Virus record (IMG/VR): IMGVR_UViG_3300042891_001963
Coordinates: 3,964-67,963 of that record
Origin: a virus
Taxonomy: Duplodnaviria > Caudoviricetes
Length of the DNA stretch: 64,000 nucleotides
Reading direction: 5' to 3' (one strand)
In this document: piece by piece, positions 19,690 through 30,071 of the stretch
How positions within the stretch are numbered: position 1 is the stretch's first letter
How the letters are laid out: every line of letters begins with the position of its first letter
The notes under the pieces: generated by a model
Databases searched by the model: none
Told to the model about the DNA's origin: nothing
The model's input: the letters and a program-made list of their open reading frames with translations, nothing else
Position numbers and translations under genes: made by a program

Positions 19690-20596
19690 GAATAACGAAA
19701 ATACCTGACGCTCCGTTGGGAAATTGCATATCTGTGTGGACCTCCTCACCACACGAACAGGTTTTCTTCAATTCCTTGATACCAAATGTCATTTTACTAA
19801 CTGCTGCATTTAAGAATTGGAAAGAAATATCATCAATCTCTTCAAACTCCTTTAATTTAACTTTAACACCTTCATAAGTTATTGAATGTCTACCTGATAA
19901 CATAAAAGGAATAATTTTCAAGAAAGATAAATTTGGAGTTCTTTTCTCGTTATTTTCTTTTAGGATGTAATCAGTAAATGCTTTTTGTAAACCAATGTTA
20001 GGTGGAGTTAATTCAAACTCTTTACCATTTACTGTTGTAAAGTGATATGATCTTGAAGAAGCACTAAAGTATCTATCAAGATTCTCATCAATTTCATGGA
20101 ATGCGAAATTTTCTCTCTTCAATTCTAGTTGTAAATCAGTACCACATCCACATCTTGCTGGAACTGTTAATGAATTACCTTGCTGGAATGTTAATTCTCT
20201 AACTAAAAATATTAAGAATAATCTATCTTGGTCTTTTATCTCAAGGTAAGAACCCATTTTACCATCAGAGTATTTAATTCTAACACAAGACTGTAGGATA
20301 TCATTCATTTTTTCAACAATATCATAGAAGTTATTATCATCCACCATTGAATATGATTGAATTTCTTTTACTTGAGCTGGTCTTACCATAAAGATAGTAC
20401 CTGCTGGATAAAACTCACCACAAGGTAATTCTTTAATATCAAAGTTAAAGAATTGAAGATCTGTAGTTCTTGAGCTGTCATTTTTTGGTTGTTCTACAAA
20501 TGGAATATCAGAATTTACCGGAGCTTTTGAATTTTCTAATTGACCTAAATGTTTCTTTAAGTAATCTTCTTCGCTCATATTATTTTGTTCAGACAT
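19658..20596 (-). CDS. gp26-like baseplate hub/tail assembly chaperone
   Basis: LPCGEFYP...VRPAQVKE, DQDRLFLIFLVR, two CxC Zn knuckles; lies between sheath and tube. Confidence 0.6.
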   Translation of the reverse strand: MSEQNNMSEEDYLKKHLGQLENSKAPVNSDIPFVEQPKNDSSRTTDLQFFNFDIKELPCGEFYPAGTIFMVRPAQVKEIQSYSMVDDNNFYDIVEKMNDILQSCVRIKYSDGKMGSYLEIKDQDRLFLIFLVRELTFQQGNSLTVPARCGCGTDLQLELKRENFAFHEIDENLDRYFSASSRSYHFTTVNGKEFELTPPNIGLQKAFTDYILKENNEKRTPNLSFLKIIPFMLSGRHSITYEGVKVKLKEFEEIDDISFQFLNAAVSKMTFGIKELKKTCSCGEEVHTDMQFPNGASGIFVIHDAFEAYIKK

Positions 20597-20722
20597 ATAA
20601 TGTTGTTATTTTTTATTTATATATTCATGGGACTATTATCCCTATAAAATACCTTATTGTTATAACAAAAAAAAAGAGGAAAGTTTTCACTTTCCTCTTT
20701 TTAATATAAATTTTATTAATTA

Positions 20723-23700
20723 TTATCCGTTGATAAATCCACCGGCTGAGATAGCACCTGTTCTCAAGATTGTGATATTATTTACAATAATACCCATACC
20801 CTTGATTGGCTCAACATATGTATCTAGAACACCAATTTGGTTATCAATGATATCATTAGTGTTGTTTTCTTCATCCATCTTGTTGAAGTAGTTATATAAA
20901 CCATTCTTACTTACATAAGTTTCACAGATAACGTCTGCTCTAAGTTTAATTTCTGATCTAATATCAGGTGTATTAAATTTCCATTGGAAGTCTAATAACA
21001 TTCTTGATAACTCTCTTTCAAGTTCAATAAGAACTTCTCTAACGTGTAAGTAAGAAAGAGCCGATTTGTAAAGTGTTTGAGCTGTATTTTCAGTCTCAAT
21101 TACATTTCCTCTATTTCTCTTGAACACGATTGGATTCATTTGACCTTGGTTAATCCACTCAATATCAGTTGCAGTGAAGTCCATTTCAGTTGCTGTTATA
21201 TTAGTAACTCTACCGTTAGTAACACCTGCAGCAATTGTCCAAGGAGTCATTCCGCTTATGTTAGAAATATGCTTTCTCATATAAGTTGAAGCAACCCAAG
21301 CTGCTGGTGGAACGTCTACTGGTCTACCATTATCATTTACTGTTACATAAGGCATGAAGTAACCTACTGAAGTAGATCCTAATCCATCGCCAAATGAGTA
21401 AAGGAATGCTGGAGAACTTTCTGGATCACCACCCTTAGAAACATACTCAAGTTGTAAAACACCTTCAGCATTTACAAATGATGGAGAACTTGAGTTCTTA
21501 AATGACTTCATAGAAGGCATATTGATAATTCCAAGAGCATCTAATCTATCACCACAAATATCTACTAATTGTTGTTTAGATCTTTCAGTTAAACCAAGAC
21601 CAAATGAGTCAATTAAATATCTAAAGTCAATAGCTTCTTTATTAGTTATTGCTTTGAATAAAGGAGTACCTTTAGCCGCAATATTTAATATTGAGTTTTG
21701 TCTTGTTTCAGTACCATCAGGTAAAGAAGCTTGTCTAACTCTAAATCCTTTCATAGCAATACCTTTGTAAGTAGTTGCATAATTTTCCATAGATGTGTAT
21801 CTAGTTGTTTGTAATGCTGAACCTGTATAGCTAGTTAAAATTTTTGAATCACAAGTAATTTCAGCTAATGTTGAATCACCACTATAAGCTTTCTTACTTA
21901 AAATTCTTGTAAGTTTTCTTGGTGCCTCACCAACTTGAAGAGCATTAGCATCATAGTAAGCCAATAAGAAATCACCAACTTTTACTTCAGTGTATCTATT
22001 TGCTTTAACAAGAATCTTATTAGGTATTTGAACATATCCATTAGGAACTTCAATTTCAACAGTTTGTGTGAAGTTTGATTTTTCTGACTGAATATAGAAT
22101 GTATTATTTGTAATTACATCAAGATTCGTGTTTCCAGTGAATGATAAATCATCCCATAATGTAGCAGTAAGAACATTACTACTGTCTAAGTACATTTTAA
22201 TATATTTCTTGTTTACATAATCATATATTATAGAGACATCAAATATTTCTTCATAAACCACTTCTTCTGTAACTTCATAAGCAAATGATCCAGAGTAACC
22301 TAAGGCAGTTGCTAATGTAGAAGGGTTTAAGTTTGAATAGATTGTGAATGAGCCTTTATTTAATGTAGAACTTGGAACAATAAATTGCTCATATACATCA
22401 AATTCTGGATCGTCTACGCCATCAAAGATAACATAGTTTTTACCTGCATAAGATGATGTAGCACCTGCGGCATATTCACCGTCTATAAAGATGACTGTGT
22501 ATGTGTCACCAGATAGTATCATTGATTGTGGTACTCTATTAGTATAGAAGTAATCACCAGTATTTACAAGACCATCGTAGTATTTTGTATAAAATTTAGA
22601 ATACATACCTACAACACCATCCGATGTAGTTGAAACTTCTGACTTAGTAGTCAATGAATCTTGACCTAAGATTGTTTCGTTATCTACTGTGTAAACTACA
22701 AAGTAACCATGTAGTATATCAACCAATTTAGCATTAGATAAGCCAGTATTTAAGATAAACGACTTATTTGATGTAGTTGAAGTGACAATGTTTGTAATTG
22801 TCATATCTGCTAAACTAACTTTATCAAAGTCATTTGCAGGACCAAGACATAAAGTCATTTTATCTTTATTGGCGCTGTGTATTAAACTAACAAGTGTATT
22901 GAATAATTTAATTTTTCTATATTGTTCATAGTTTTTCACAGAAGGTGCGGTATCAGTATCTAAGAATTCTACTTTAATAGAACCTGAGCTTTCTAATGTA
23001 ATGTTATAATCACCTGTTGGTCCATGTTGATAGTCAATAAAACCACCACCATCTACGTTTACATCTGTAAGAGCAACTGAGGCAGTTGCGATATCACCGT
23101 TAAATATTTGGAAGTTAACATATCCTAAAACTATATCAGCTGGATCAACTGAAGGGTTTGTTGTATTTAGCGTTGCTGATGAGCCAGTTGTGTTAGAACG
23201 AGTACTAATTGTACCAGTACTATCTAATACAAATGTAGAAACATATGACAATGTTCCGTATGTTGATGTGTAATCACTTGCATTAAGCGCAAGAGAGAAA
23301 GTACCAGAAACTGTAGCATAAGAATCACCTATTATAGTAAAACCATCTTGTGCTAGGTAAGTAACTGTGATGTCAGATGTTGTAGAAACTATAGAGTCTA
23401 AAGTAACATTATAAGTAGAACCTTCAGCAAACCAAGCAGTTCTATTACTACCGTTTTGTACAATACCTGATTGTATTGGAGAACCAAATGCGTGAGTTGG
23501 TTGATTTATATAACCATTACCCGACCAAGTACCACCTAATAAAGCAGTAACGTTACCTGGTAAGTCAAGAGGAGTTGATACTATCTCAACTGATTCAGAT
23601 ATTGTTTCTTTATAAGATAAAAATTCAATTTCTGACTCTAAAACACCAGCAGTTGTTTGACCTATTAAGTCTAATAAACCGTTATAGTAATCTGTTTCAA

Positions 23701-24589
23701 CTAAATCTGCGTTGAATGAACAAAATAAACCTGTTCTATCTGTATCTCTGTTAATTGTTGTTTCAATAAAAATATTAGTACCATTGGCATCTCTAAAATA
23801 TGGAATCAAAGACAATCCTTCATAATAAGCTAATGAAGTAACATTTCTGTCATTAGCAAAATTTCTAATCTGTCCTTTGATAAGACCAGATGTATTAAAG
23901 TAAGCACTCCATCTGTTATCAACAGCTAAAGTTTGGTAGTCAGTCCAATCACCTCCTACAACTACAACATCAACTAAGTAGTCAGATGCGTAATCATTGG
24001 CATTAACATATGGCGGAAGTTTTTCTTGAGAACCATACCATTCAATTAAGGTTCTATCAAAACCAATTCTTGCACTTTTAACAATAAATACAGTAATGTA
24101 TTTATCAGAAAGGTTAGTGATATTGAAAGCTCTTTCAGTATAACCAGTATTACCTTTAGTTAAGTTAATGAAAGATTCAGTATCTCTTTTCCAGAAACCT
24201 GTTGTATCAAAGAATCTTCTATAAGCTCCTAATCTTTGTATATCATTATTATAACCAGAAGAAGCTGATAATGATTTATACTCAATAGTATCAAGTGTAT
24301 CATCTGTGCTTAGCAAGTTGATAGCGAATACTGGAGCTGATTCCAACATTTTTTGGATAGTTCTGTGGAAAAACGAACCTTTTCTTTCCAAGCCTCTGTC
24401 AAGTTGACCAAATATTGACTCTAAGTCGTTAAGAGTTGTAAGTCTAATAGGTGTGTTTACTGGTCCTTTTTTAGAAACACCAATAACCATATTAGTAATA
24501 CCCTCAACCACAGGAGTTGTAATAATTGAATTATCAAATTCTTCTATGAAGATTCCTGGTCTTTTGTATTTTCCAATTTGAATTGCCAT
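20723..24589 (-). CDS. gp18: Tail sheath protein
   Basis: N-terminal PGIFIEEFD...GVSKKGPVNTP; C-terminal WTIAAGVTNG, LHVREVL, DTYVEPIKG. Confidence 0.92.
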   Translation of the reverse strand: MAIQIGKYKRPGIFIEEFDNSIITTPVVEGITNMVIGVSKKGPVNTPIRLTTLNDLESIFGQLDRGLERKGSFFHRTIQKMLESAPVFAINLLSTDDTLDTIEYKSLSASSGYNNDIQRLGAYRRFFDTTGFWKRDTESFINLTKGNTGYTERAFNITNLSDKYITVFIVKSARIGFDRTLIEWYGSQEKLPPYVNANDYASDYLVDVVVVGGDWTDYQTLAVDNRWSAYFNTSGLIKGQIRNFANDRNVTSLAYYEGLSLIPYFRDANGTNIFIETTINRDTDRTGLFCSFNADLVETDYYNGLLDLIGQTTAGVLESEIEFLSYKETISESVEIVSTPLDLPGNVTALLGGTWSGNGYINQPTHAFGSPIQSGIVQNGSNRTAWFAEGSTYNVTLDSIVSTTSDITVTYLAQDGFTIIGDSYATVSGTFSLALNASDYTSTYGTLSYVSTFVLDSTGTISTRSNTTGSSATLNTTNPSVDPADIVLGYVNFQIFNGDIATASVALTDVNVDGGGFIDYQHGPTGDYNITLESSGSIKVEFLDTDTAPSVKNYEQYRKIKLFNTLVSLIHSANKDKMTLCLGPANDFDKVSLADMTITNIVTSTTSNKSFILNTGLSNAKLVDILHGYFVVYTVDNETILGQDSLTTKSEVSTTSDGVVGMYSKFYTKYYDGLVNTGDYFYTNRVPQSMILSGDTYTVIFIDGEYAAGATSSYAGKNYVIFDGVDDPEFDVYEQFIVPSSTLNKGSFTIYSNLNPSTLATALGYSGSFAYEVTEEVVYEEIFDVSIIYDYVNKKYIKMYLDSSNVLTATLWDDLSFTGNTNLDVITNNTFYIQSEKSNFTQTVEIEVPNGYVQIPNKILVKANRYTEVKVGDFLLAYYDANALQVGEAPRKLTRILSKKAYSGDSTLAEITCDSKILTSYTGSALQTTRYTSMENYATTYKGIAMKGFRVRQASLPDGTETRQNSILNIAAKGTPLFKAITNKEAIDFRYLIDSFGLGLTERSKQQLVDICGDRLDALGIINMPSMKSFKNSSSPSFVNAEGVLQLEYVSKGGDPESSPAFLYSFGDGLGSTSVGYFMPYVTVNDNGRPVDVPPAAWVASTYMRKHISNISGMTPWTIAAGVTNGRVTNITATEMDFTATDIEWINQGQMNPIVFKRNRGNVIETENTAQTLYKSALSYLHVREVLIELERELSRMLLDFQWKFNTPDIRSEIKLRADVICETYVSKNGLYNYFNKMDEENNTNDIIDNQIGVLDTYVEPIKGMGIIVNNITILRTGAISAGGFING

Positions 24590-24650
24590 ATTTTTAATAT
24601 TTTTTTTTATGTTATAGAGTATATATAAAATGTAAAAAATGATATTTTTT

Positions 24651-25211
24651 CTATTTTGATGTTTGATCTGACAACTTTTTAATATTATCCATCATATTTT
24701 TTTCTATACTTTTCATTTTATCATCTAATGACTTTTGAGCCTCTGCTATCTCTTTAACTAAAGATGCTATATCAGATGTATTTGTTGATATTCTATTAGT
24801 AATATCAGTTATTTTAGCTGTTACTGATTGTTTAGATGTATTATCTGTAGATAATTTTAATTCTTCACTAAAATCATCTTTTTTTAATTTATCATTAGTT
24901 ATATCATTTTGAAGCTTATCAACCTTTCTTTTAAGATTGGCAACATGTAGATATTCAACTAAAAAAGGATTTTTAGGCGTTTTTTGATCGGCTTTACCAA
25001 CAATTCCTTCTATCTTTGTTTGTAAATCAGCGTCTGATTTAATTTTAAGATAAGCATTATCAATCAGCGTTTTTTTAGATTTGTATTCAGATAATTGTTT
25101 CTGAGTTATTGATAACTCATCTTTTTTCATTTTAATGTCTGGTTCATCTGTTACTTTCACATCAAATTCCGCTTCTTCGGTAAAAAGTTTATATGTTTTA
25201 AGAGTTCTCAT
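24651..25211 (-). CDS. Coiled-coil protein with CTS-like N-terminus
   Basis: MRTLKTYKLFTEE; heptad-rich. Confidence 0.7.
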   Translation of the reverse strand: MRTLKTYKLFTEEAEFDVKVTDEPDIKMKKDELSITQKQLSEYKSKKTLIDNAYLKIKSDADLQTKIEGIVGKADQKTPKNPFLVEYLHVANLKRKVDKLQNDITNDKLKKDDFSEELKLSTDNTSKQSVTAKITDITNRISTNTSDIASLVKEIAEAQKSLDDKMKSIEKNMMDNIKKLSDQTSK

Positions 25212-28111
25212 TATTTTGTAAAGTATGTTTTGTTGATGTTATCTGCTTTTACGACAGGAAATCCACCAACAGATCTTATAACCTCTCCTATATTTTTATT
25301 TTCCAATTTAAATCTCTTAGTAACATCTTTACCATTTTCATCTTTACCAACCTCACATAAAGTACCCTTTTCAGATCCAATCAAAAATTTATCATCTTTA
25401 TCATCAGCTGATAAAGCAGAAGCCGCCCCAGCATTATTTTTATCATCACTATACTTTGTAAGGTATTTAACCTTATAATCACCATTTAGTACAAATTGAC
25501 CATCATTCTTAATAAGGTCTGTTAATTTAATACGAGTCGCTTTTATGATATATTGTTTACCACCATCTTTTTCATCATCTTTAACAGGTATGCTTTTTTC
25601 TAATGAAATAGCTGATTTAGATATGTAGTTCTTAAAGAAGAACCAACTTCTACAATAAGTAACATAAACATATTCACCGTCTACTTCTTGTATGTAGAAA
25701 AAGAATTTTTTACCATCATTTTGAATGTAAAAAAATGTTCCAACTAAATCGCTATAATTTTCAAATTTAAAAGATTCTTTTTTGAAAGAAAGATCCCTAG
25801 CCTTAGGCATACTATTTGCTGTTTCAGGTACTTCTTTCTTATCTTTTTCACTTATATAAAGAGGTAGTTTCTCAGCATCTGTTGCTCCAAAGTATTTTTC
25901 AATAAATTCAGCTTGTTTTCCTTTACCATCCTTTGTTTTATAAAGAGTGTCACCGTCAAGCATATCATTCATAAATTTTAAAAGATTTCTACCCGCATCT
26001 TTTATAATGTTACCCTCTTCTGTTTTAAGAGTAGTTTCTTGTCTAAATATCTTTTGAAATCTAGTTTGTTTTTTAATTTCTTGAACAGCATTTTCCCATT
26101 GGTCAAAAATAACATTGTTTCTATATGGTCCACCTTGAGCACCGGCACTGTCTGGAGTACCACTACCAAATGATGTGTATTCTCTAAATGTTTTATTAGA
26201 AACCTTACCACCACTTCTTCCGGTTGGAATAACTTGAGTAGTGTGTAACTTATAAGCTCTGTTAAATACTTTAACAATCTCAATAATAGGATCTAAACCT
26301 TGGATAACAATATTATTCTTACTTGCTTTTTCAAGAGCTATTTGAGTTCTTTCTACTTCAGTTCTTGTCATTACATAACTTTTAATATTAATGTTTTTCT
26401 CCCAATAATCTTTTATTTCTTGAGCTGTAGTTTTCTTAACAGGATCAGAAACTTCTTCTCCTTTATTTGTAGTTGCTGTTTCGTCTCCTTGTACATCTTC
26501 AACAGATTGACCTTCTTCAGCTTCGTTTATAAAGTCAAAATATCTAAATAATTTAGATTCCTTCTTTAACTTAGTTGGGTCAACTGCAAATGATCCAGCT
26601 GATTTATCAGTTGCTACTGATATAAATTCTTTACCTGATAAAGCATCACCCTTTTTATCATCAGATGTTAAGTATTTCTTATCAGGACCTGGATAAACAA
26701 CAGTATCTTTATCTACTGCTAATACATCTTTAATCTCACCTTTTTTGTTAGTGTATTTATAGCTTTTTCCTAATTCAATATCGTTTTCTCCTTTTATTTC
26801 AGATGTTGTTGCCTTATTTTCTTCAGGTTTAATAGCTTTTAACTTTGGTAAAAGTTCTTTTAACTTATCATAAGAAGTGATAAAATCTTTAATAGGTTGA
26901 TTAGCTTCCACTAATTTAGTAGCAATATTCATATCACCTTTGAATGCTAAAATAACATTTCCAAACAATGAAATAGCTTTTGGTATATCATTTTCTGAGT
27001 CAGGATTTAGTTCTTCTTTAACAAGTGCGTCAAGACTCAAAAGATTTTTACCAATAGTTTGTTCATTACTAACTACTTGATATCCTATTTTGTTTATAGT
27101 TTTTTTGTATAATTCTACATTTGATCCTGATTCGGAATTCTTAATAAGATCTTGAATTCTAACAACCATATTACCAATGCCTGACTTATTGTAAGCATTA
27201 TTAACTTTTTTCCAAGCATTAATAGATTTAACTTCTTTAGGGTCTACTTTAGACTCAAATATTGGAAGAGATTCGTTTTCATAAAAAAATCTTTCAGCAG
27301 TTACTTCTTCAGCTTTTACTGGTTCTTTTGTGGCAACGGTTGTTGTTTTTTGTTGTTCAGCTGGCTCAGGTTGATTAGTACTTGAGTCACTTGTATCTAT
27401 TTTTTTAGTTTTTATAACATCACATAAAGAAACAACAGACTTCAATAAAGTAATTGTAGTTGTATAAAATAGTTCACGAATTTTTTCAGCATCTTCCTCT
27501 TCTTTAGCCGGTTCGTCATCTCCACCAGGACTATCATCTACTTCAGTCTTTACCTCTTCTTCTTCATCATAGTCAACGCCTTCATCATCATTGAAATCAT
27601 CTAAGAATTTTCTAAAATCTTCCAATTGTTTAACTAATTTTTCTAAATCAGTTTTATCAACAGCAAGTTCATCAGCCGGTGTGACTTCAATAAATTGTTT
27701 AAAGTCTCTAATAGCTAAGTCTGTTAGATTCTTAATAAGATATACTTTTTCACCAGATTCAACAGATTTTTGTAAAGCTTCTAAAAATTTGTAAATAGTT
27801 ATCTTATTCTTTTGAGCTAATTCTTCTTTTGTAAGTTGTCCTTCAGCAGACCTTGCTAATAAGTCTTCAAAAGCACCATTTAATCTTTTAGCAACTTGTT
27901 TAATTCTAACTAAGTTTGCACCTACTTTAGCCTTTCTGATAGTAGAATTGATTAATCTACCAAGTAATGAGTCGTTCCAAGGTATATCATTAGCAAATGG
28001 GCCTGAGTCAGCCTCTTCATTTATTGAAGAGTTATCTTCTGTTGTTCTGTATTCATCTATCTTGATTATACTTCTTTTAAGGAATTCATCTCTATTACTA
28101 AGATACTTCAT
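25211..28111 (-). CDS. Large probable internal head protein
   Basis: About 966 aa; start moved to ATG 28111 downstream of late motif; INE/FES sites and acidic linkers. Confidence 0.65.
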   Translation of the reverse strand: MKYLSNRDEFLKRSIIKIDEYRTTEDNSSINEEADSGPFANDIPWNDSLLGRLINSTIRKAKVGANLVRIKQVAKRLNGAFEDLLARSAEGQLTKEELAQKNKITIYKFLEALQKSVESGEKVYLIKNLTDLAIRDFKQFIEVTPADELAVDKTDLEKLVKQLEDFRKFLDDFNDDEGVDYDEEEEVKTEVDDSPGGDDEPAKEEEDAEKIRELFYTTTITLLKSVVSLCDVIKTKKIDTSDSSTNQPEPAEQQKTTTVATKEPVKAEEVTAERFFYENESLPIFESKVDPKEVKSINAWKKVNNAYNKSGIGNMVVRIQDLIKNSESGSNVELYKKTINKIGYQVVSNEQTIGKNLLSLDALVKEELNPDSENDIPKAISLFGNVILAFKGDMNIATKLVEANQPIKDFITSYDKLKELLPKLKAIKPEENKATTSEIKGENDIELGKSYKYTNKKGEIKDVLAVDKDTVVYPGPDKKYLTSDDKKGDALSGKEFISVATDKSAGSFAVDPTKLKKESKLFRYFDFINEAEEGQSVEDVQGDETATTNKGEEVSDPVKKTTAQEIKDYWEKNINIKSYVMTRTEVERTQIALEKASKNNIVIQGLDPIIEIVKVFNRAYKLHTTQVIPTGRSGGKVSNKTFREYTSFGSGTPDSAGAQGGPYRNNVIFDQWENAVQEIKKQTRFQKIFRQETTLKTEEGNIIKDAGRNLLKFMNDMLDGDTLYKTKDGKGKQAEFIEKYFGATDAEKLPLYISEKDKKEVPETANSMPKARDLSFKKESFKFENYSDLVGTFFYIQNDGKKFFFYIQEVDGEYVYVTYCRSWFFFKNYISKSAISLEKSIPVKDDEKDGGKQYIIKATRIKLTDLIKNDGQFVLNGDYKVKYLTKYSDDKNNAGAASALSADDKDDKFLIGSEKGTLCEVGKDENGKDVTKRFKLENKNIGEVIRSVGGFPVVKADNINKTYFTK

Positions 28112-28244
28112 AAATTTATGTAATTTTTTCAACTTATATATTAAAAAACTTTTACTGAAAAATAGTTAAAATGAATAATTATCCTTATCTTTGTATAAGA
28201 TAAGAGTTAAGATAAAACAAAAAAACAAAATAAAGTAAATAAAA

Positions 28245-28276
28245 TTTGTAAGTTCGTTAAATTATCCTTATATTTG
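28245..28276 (+). promoter_or_regulatory. Bacteroidota-type housekeeping-sigma promoter (-33 TTTG / -7 TAnnTTTG)
   Basis: TTTG-N20-TATATTTG; second -7 box TATCTTTG at 28186-28193 inside a 22-nt direct repeat. Confidence 0.7.
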
Positions 28277-28300
28277 TATAACAAAATAAACCACTATAAA

Positions 28301-28780
28301 ATGAAAGCTATGAATATTGACATCAACAAAATAGTTCACTTAGAATTGAGAAATAAACACGGTAAAAAATTCTCTAATACAAGAGTTAGATTTATTGCTG
28401 ATTATCTTAAAATTGATGGTGATTTCTTAATTGGCTTGAGTGATAAATATAAAAATGTTTGGTATACTAGCATTGATAAAACTACGCATTTAGTATATGC
28501 TATCGGTGCTGATACTTGTGAGTCTCCTTATTCTTTTCAACCTTTTAATGTTGAGTATAGTGATGTTAAAGATATCAAAGCTGTAGAAGTTCCAAAAACT
28601 CCTGCTCAAACTAAAAAAGAAAAAGTTGTTAAAACTAATGAAATTAGCAACATCTTTATTGAAGACTTAATTGGTGATGTTGATTTAGATGTAGATACCA
28701 TCCTTGATAAGATTTCTGCTACTGGTATGGCTTCTTTAACTAAGAGAGAATTAGAATTTTTGAACAACCTTAGTAAATAA
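28301..28780 (+). CDS. Probable early protein with C-terminal DUF6576-like motif
   Basis: VDTILDKISATGMASLTKRELEFL. Confidence 0.65.
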   Translation: MKAMNIDINKIVHLELRNKHGKKFSNTRVRFIADYLKIDGDFLIGLSDKYKNVWYTSIDKTTHLVYAIGADTCESPYSFQPFNVEYSDVKDIKAVEVPKTPAQTKKEKVVKTNEISNIFIEDLIGDVDLDVDTILDKISATGMASLTKRELEFLNNLSK

Positions 28781-28806
28781 AAAAAATCACTTTTTTACAC
28801 ATTCTT

Positions 28807-28834
28807 AAAAAACCGGGCATATGTCCGGTTTTTT
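28807..28834 (+). terminator. Intrinsic terminator
   Basis: aaaaccgg...ccggtttttt. Confidence 0.75.
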
Positions 28835-28947
28835 TATTTTAAAATATATTTTTTTTCAACCACCTTTGAAATTTTAATAAATTCCACGATTGTCTATTTG
28901 ATAATAAAAAAATAGAATATATAAGTTATACAAATTCATATTTTATT

Positions 28948-29241
28948 ATGAGATATTCAGAACTAAACTATCGTGGTAAGACATACACAAATACTAATGA
29001 GATACACGATATCCTTCTTAAAGAGAAATTCTATTGGCTTATTGACTCAGAAATTGAGAATGCTCAATTAGAAATAAAAAATAACACACTTATATGGAAC
29101 AATGGTAGTTTCTATACAGGGGACTGGTACTACGGTATATTTAAAAACGGAAACTTTTATGGAAACTGGGAAAATGGTATATGGGAAAGCGGCAATTTCA
29201 AAGGGAAATGGCTAAGCGGTATTAATCTTGCACAGATATAA
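28948..29241 (+). CDS. Small protein with W/F-x-x-G pentapeptide-like repeats
   Basis: WNNGSFYTGDWYYGIFKNGNFYGNWENGIWESG. Confidence 0.7.
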   Translation: MRYSELNYRGKTYTNTNEIHDILLKEKFYWLIDSEIENAQLEIKNNTLIWNNGSFYTGDWYYGIFKNGNFYGNWENGIWESGNFKGKWLSGINLAQI

Positions 29242-29259
29242 AAATTAACACAAATTATT

Positions 29260-29727
29260 ATGAAGAGAAAAAGAGTTGCTTTGGAATTTAAAAAACAAGA
29301 AGCTAATGAAATTTTGAATCAGAAGGAGTTGAGAGTGACGAAAGAAGGAAATGATTACTTCTTTGAGATTGGACCAGAAATGACATCAGATTTAGCAGAA
29401 GCAGTATCAATATTAATGAGAAAATCTGACTGGAATGATCCAATTTGGAATACAGCAGTAGACAAAAAAATGATTTATGAAAATATAACCCCTGAAAAAG
29501 CTTTATACTGGCTATCTGGTGGATACAAAGAATGGAACTCATTGGACCACTATAACCAGCCTTGGTGTAATTGTTACCTAGAATTTCAAGAAGAGTTTGG
29601 ATTCTTAATAATTAATATAGTTAAAAAATCAAAAACATTATTAGATATAAGAGATGGATTTATGAAATACCTAAACTTACCAACACTTTATAATTTTGCA
29701 ATAAGTAGAAGCATGGTAAAATACTAA
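29260..29727 (+). CDS. Hypothetical protein
   Basis: 155-aa ORF, terminator follows. Confidence 0.75.
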   Translation: MKRKRVALEFKKQEANEILNQKELRVTKEGNDYFFEIGPEMTSDLAEAVSILMRKSDWNDPIWNTAVDKKMIYENITPEKALYWLSGGYKEWNSLDHYNQPWCNCYLEFQEEFGFLIINIVKKSKTLLDIRDGFMKYLNLPTLYNFAISRSMVKY

Positions 29728-29742
29728 AAAATATAAAAGATA

Positions 29743-29773
29743 AAAAATCCCGTTAGAAATGACGGGATTTTTT
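29743..29773 (+). terminator. Intrinsic terminator
   Basis: aaaaatcccgt...acgggattttt. Confidence 0.75.
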
Positions 29774-29789
29774 ATTTAATATATACTTT

Positions 29790-30071
29790 ATGGAAAAAAT
29801 GAAAAAAGTCTGTAGTAACCCTTGGTGTAAAGGACATTTCTATTACACAGAGGCTGATATGGTTGAAGTAAAAAATGATATTAGATCATCTAAGATTGAT
29901 AATGTTCTAGGTGAAGTTCAGAAAGTAGCACCAAAAGAATGCCCAAAGTGTAAAAGTTTTGCTACCGAGTTAAGTGGTGGTGTAGAGTGGAATACTAGAG
30001 AATATGAGGGTTCTAGATTTGATGGCATGTCACATCAAATAAAATATAAAGTAACAAATTACAAATTATAA
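29790..30071 (+). CDS. Zn-ribbon protein
   Basis: CSNPWC...CPKC. Confidence 0.7.
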   Translation: MEKMKKVCSNPWCKGHFYYTEADMVEVKNDIRSSKIDNVLGEVQKVAPKECPKCKSFATELSGGVEWNTREYEGSRFDGMSHQIKYKVTNYKL

